A DNA stretch of 64,000 nucleotides from Balanoglossus misakiensis. Taxonomy: Eukaryota > Animalia > Hemichordata. Below are positions 63,739 through 64,000 of this stretch, piece by piece (within the stretch, counting starts at the first letter, position 1; every line of letters begins with the position of its first letter). The notes under the pieces are model-generated. The model searched no databases, had not been told where the DNA came from, and was given only the letters and a program-made list of their open reading frames with translations. A program made the position numbers and the translations under genes. Location of the stretch: the NCBI GenBank assembly GCA_040954595.2, contig CM082583.2, positions 13,552,391 to 13,616,390 on the forward strand, written 5' to 3'.

Positions 63739-64000
63739 GTAAGTCCAATAAATGAGTTCAAAATATCCTTATATTAGCCATACCGAAGCAGAAGCAAAAA
63801 GACTGGCTTGATTTGGATTACTTTCTTTTCATTTGCACTTATTAATCATTTTGAGAAAGTGAATCGTATAATGGCTGTGATTTATATATGAGAAGCTGTA
63901 TTATTTGCGTTTACCGTACATGTACTGGCCGAGAGTTGAGTTGTGATAATTGCAATGTGACCAAGCATATAAAGTGAACAGAACAACATTATCTATCAAA

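Overview
AT-rich animal genomic DNA with spliceosomal introns, probably a marine invertebrate deuterostome (inferred from gene content and repeat style). Five spliced genes can be rebuilt by hand: endophilin-A (+, 724-13991), a PhzF/PBLD-family isomerase (-, 23606-17430), a small type-I EMI/EGF membrane protein (+, 28336-30743), a glycine-receptor-alpha-like Cys-loop anion channel (-, 34170-31009) and a laminin alpha-3/5-like chain (+, 36927 to beyond the window end). There is also a probable orphan 2-TM gene (-, 26158-25199). Introns carry several non-autonomous DNA transposons with clear TIR/TSD, a Crypton-like remnant with strand-specific hairpins, a tRNA-derived SINE and microsatellites. 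The most striking signals are candidate alternative-splicing modules that the ORF track does not resolve. (i) A duplicated array of 3-15 nt frame-preserving microexons lies at the distal tip of the endophilin BAR domain. (ii) A pair of diverged tandem exons in PBLD can only be used one at a time, and each carries the EDPVTG active-site motif. (iii) Three in-frame mini-exons (30/21/24 nt) lie in one loop of laminin LG1. All exon calls come from manual reading and need RNA evidence.
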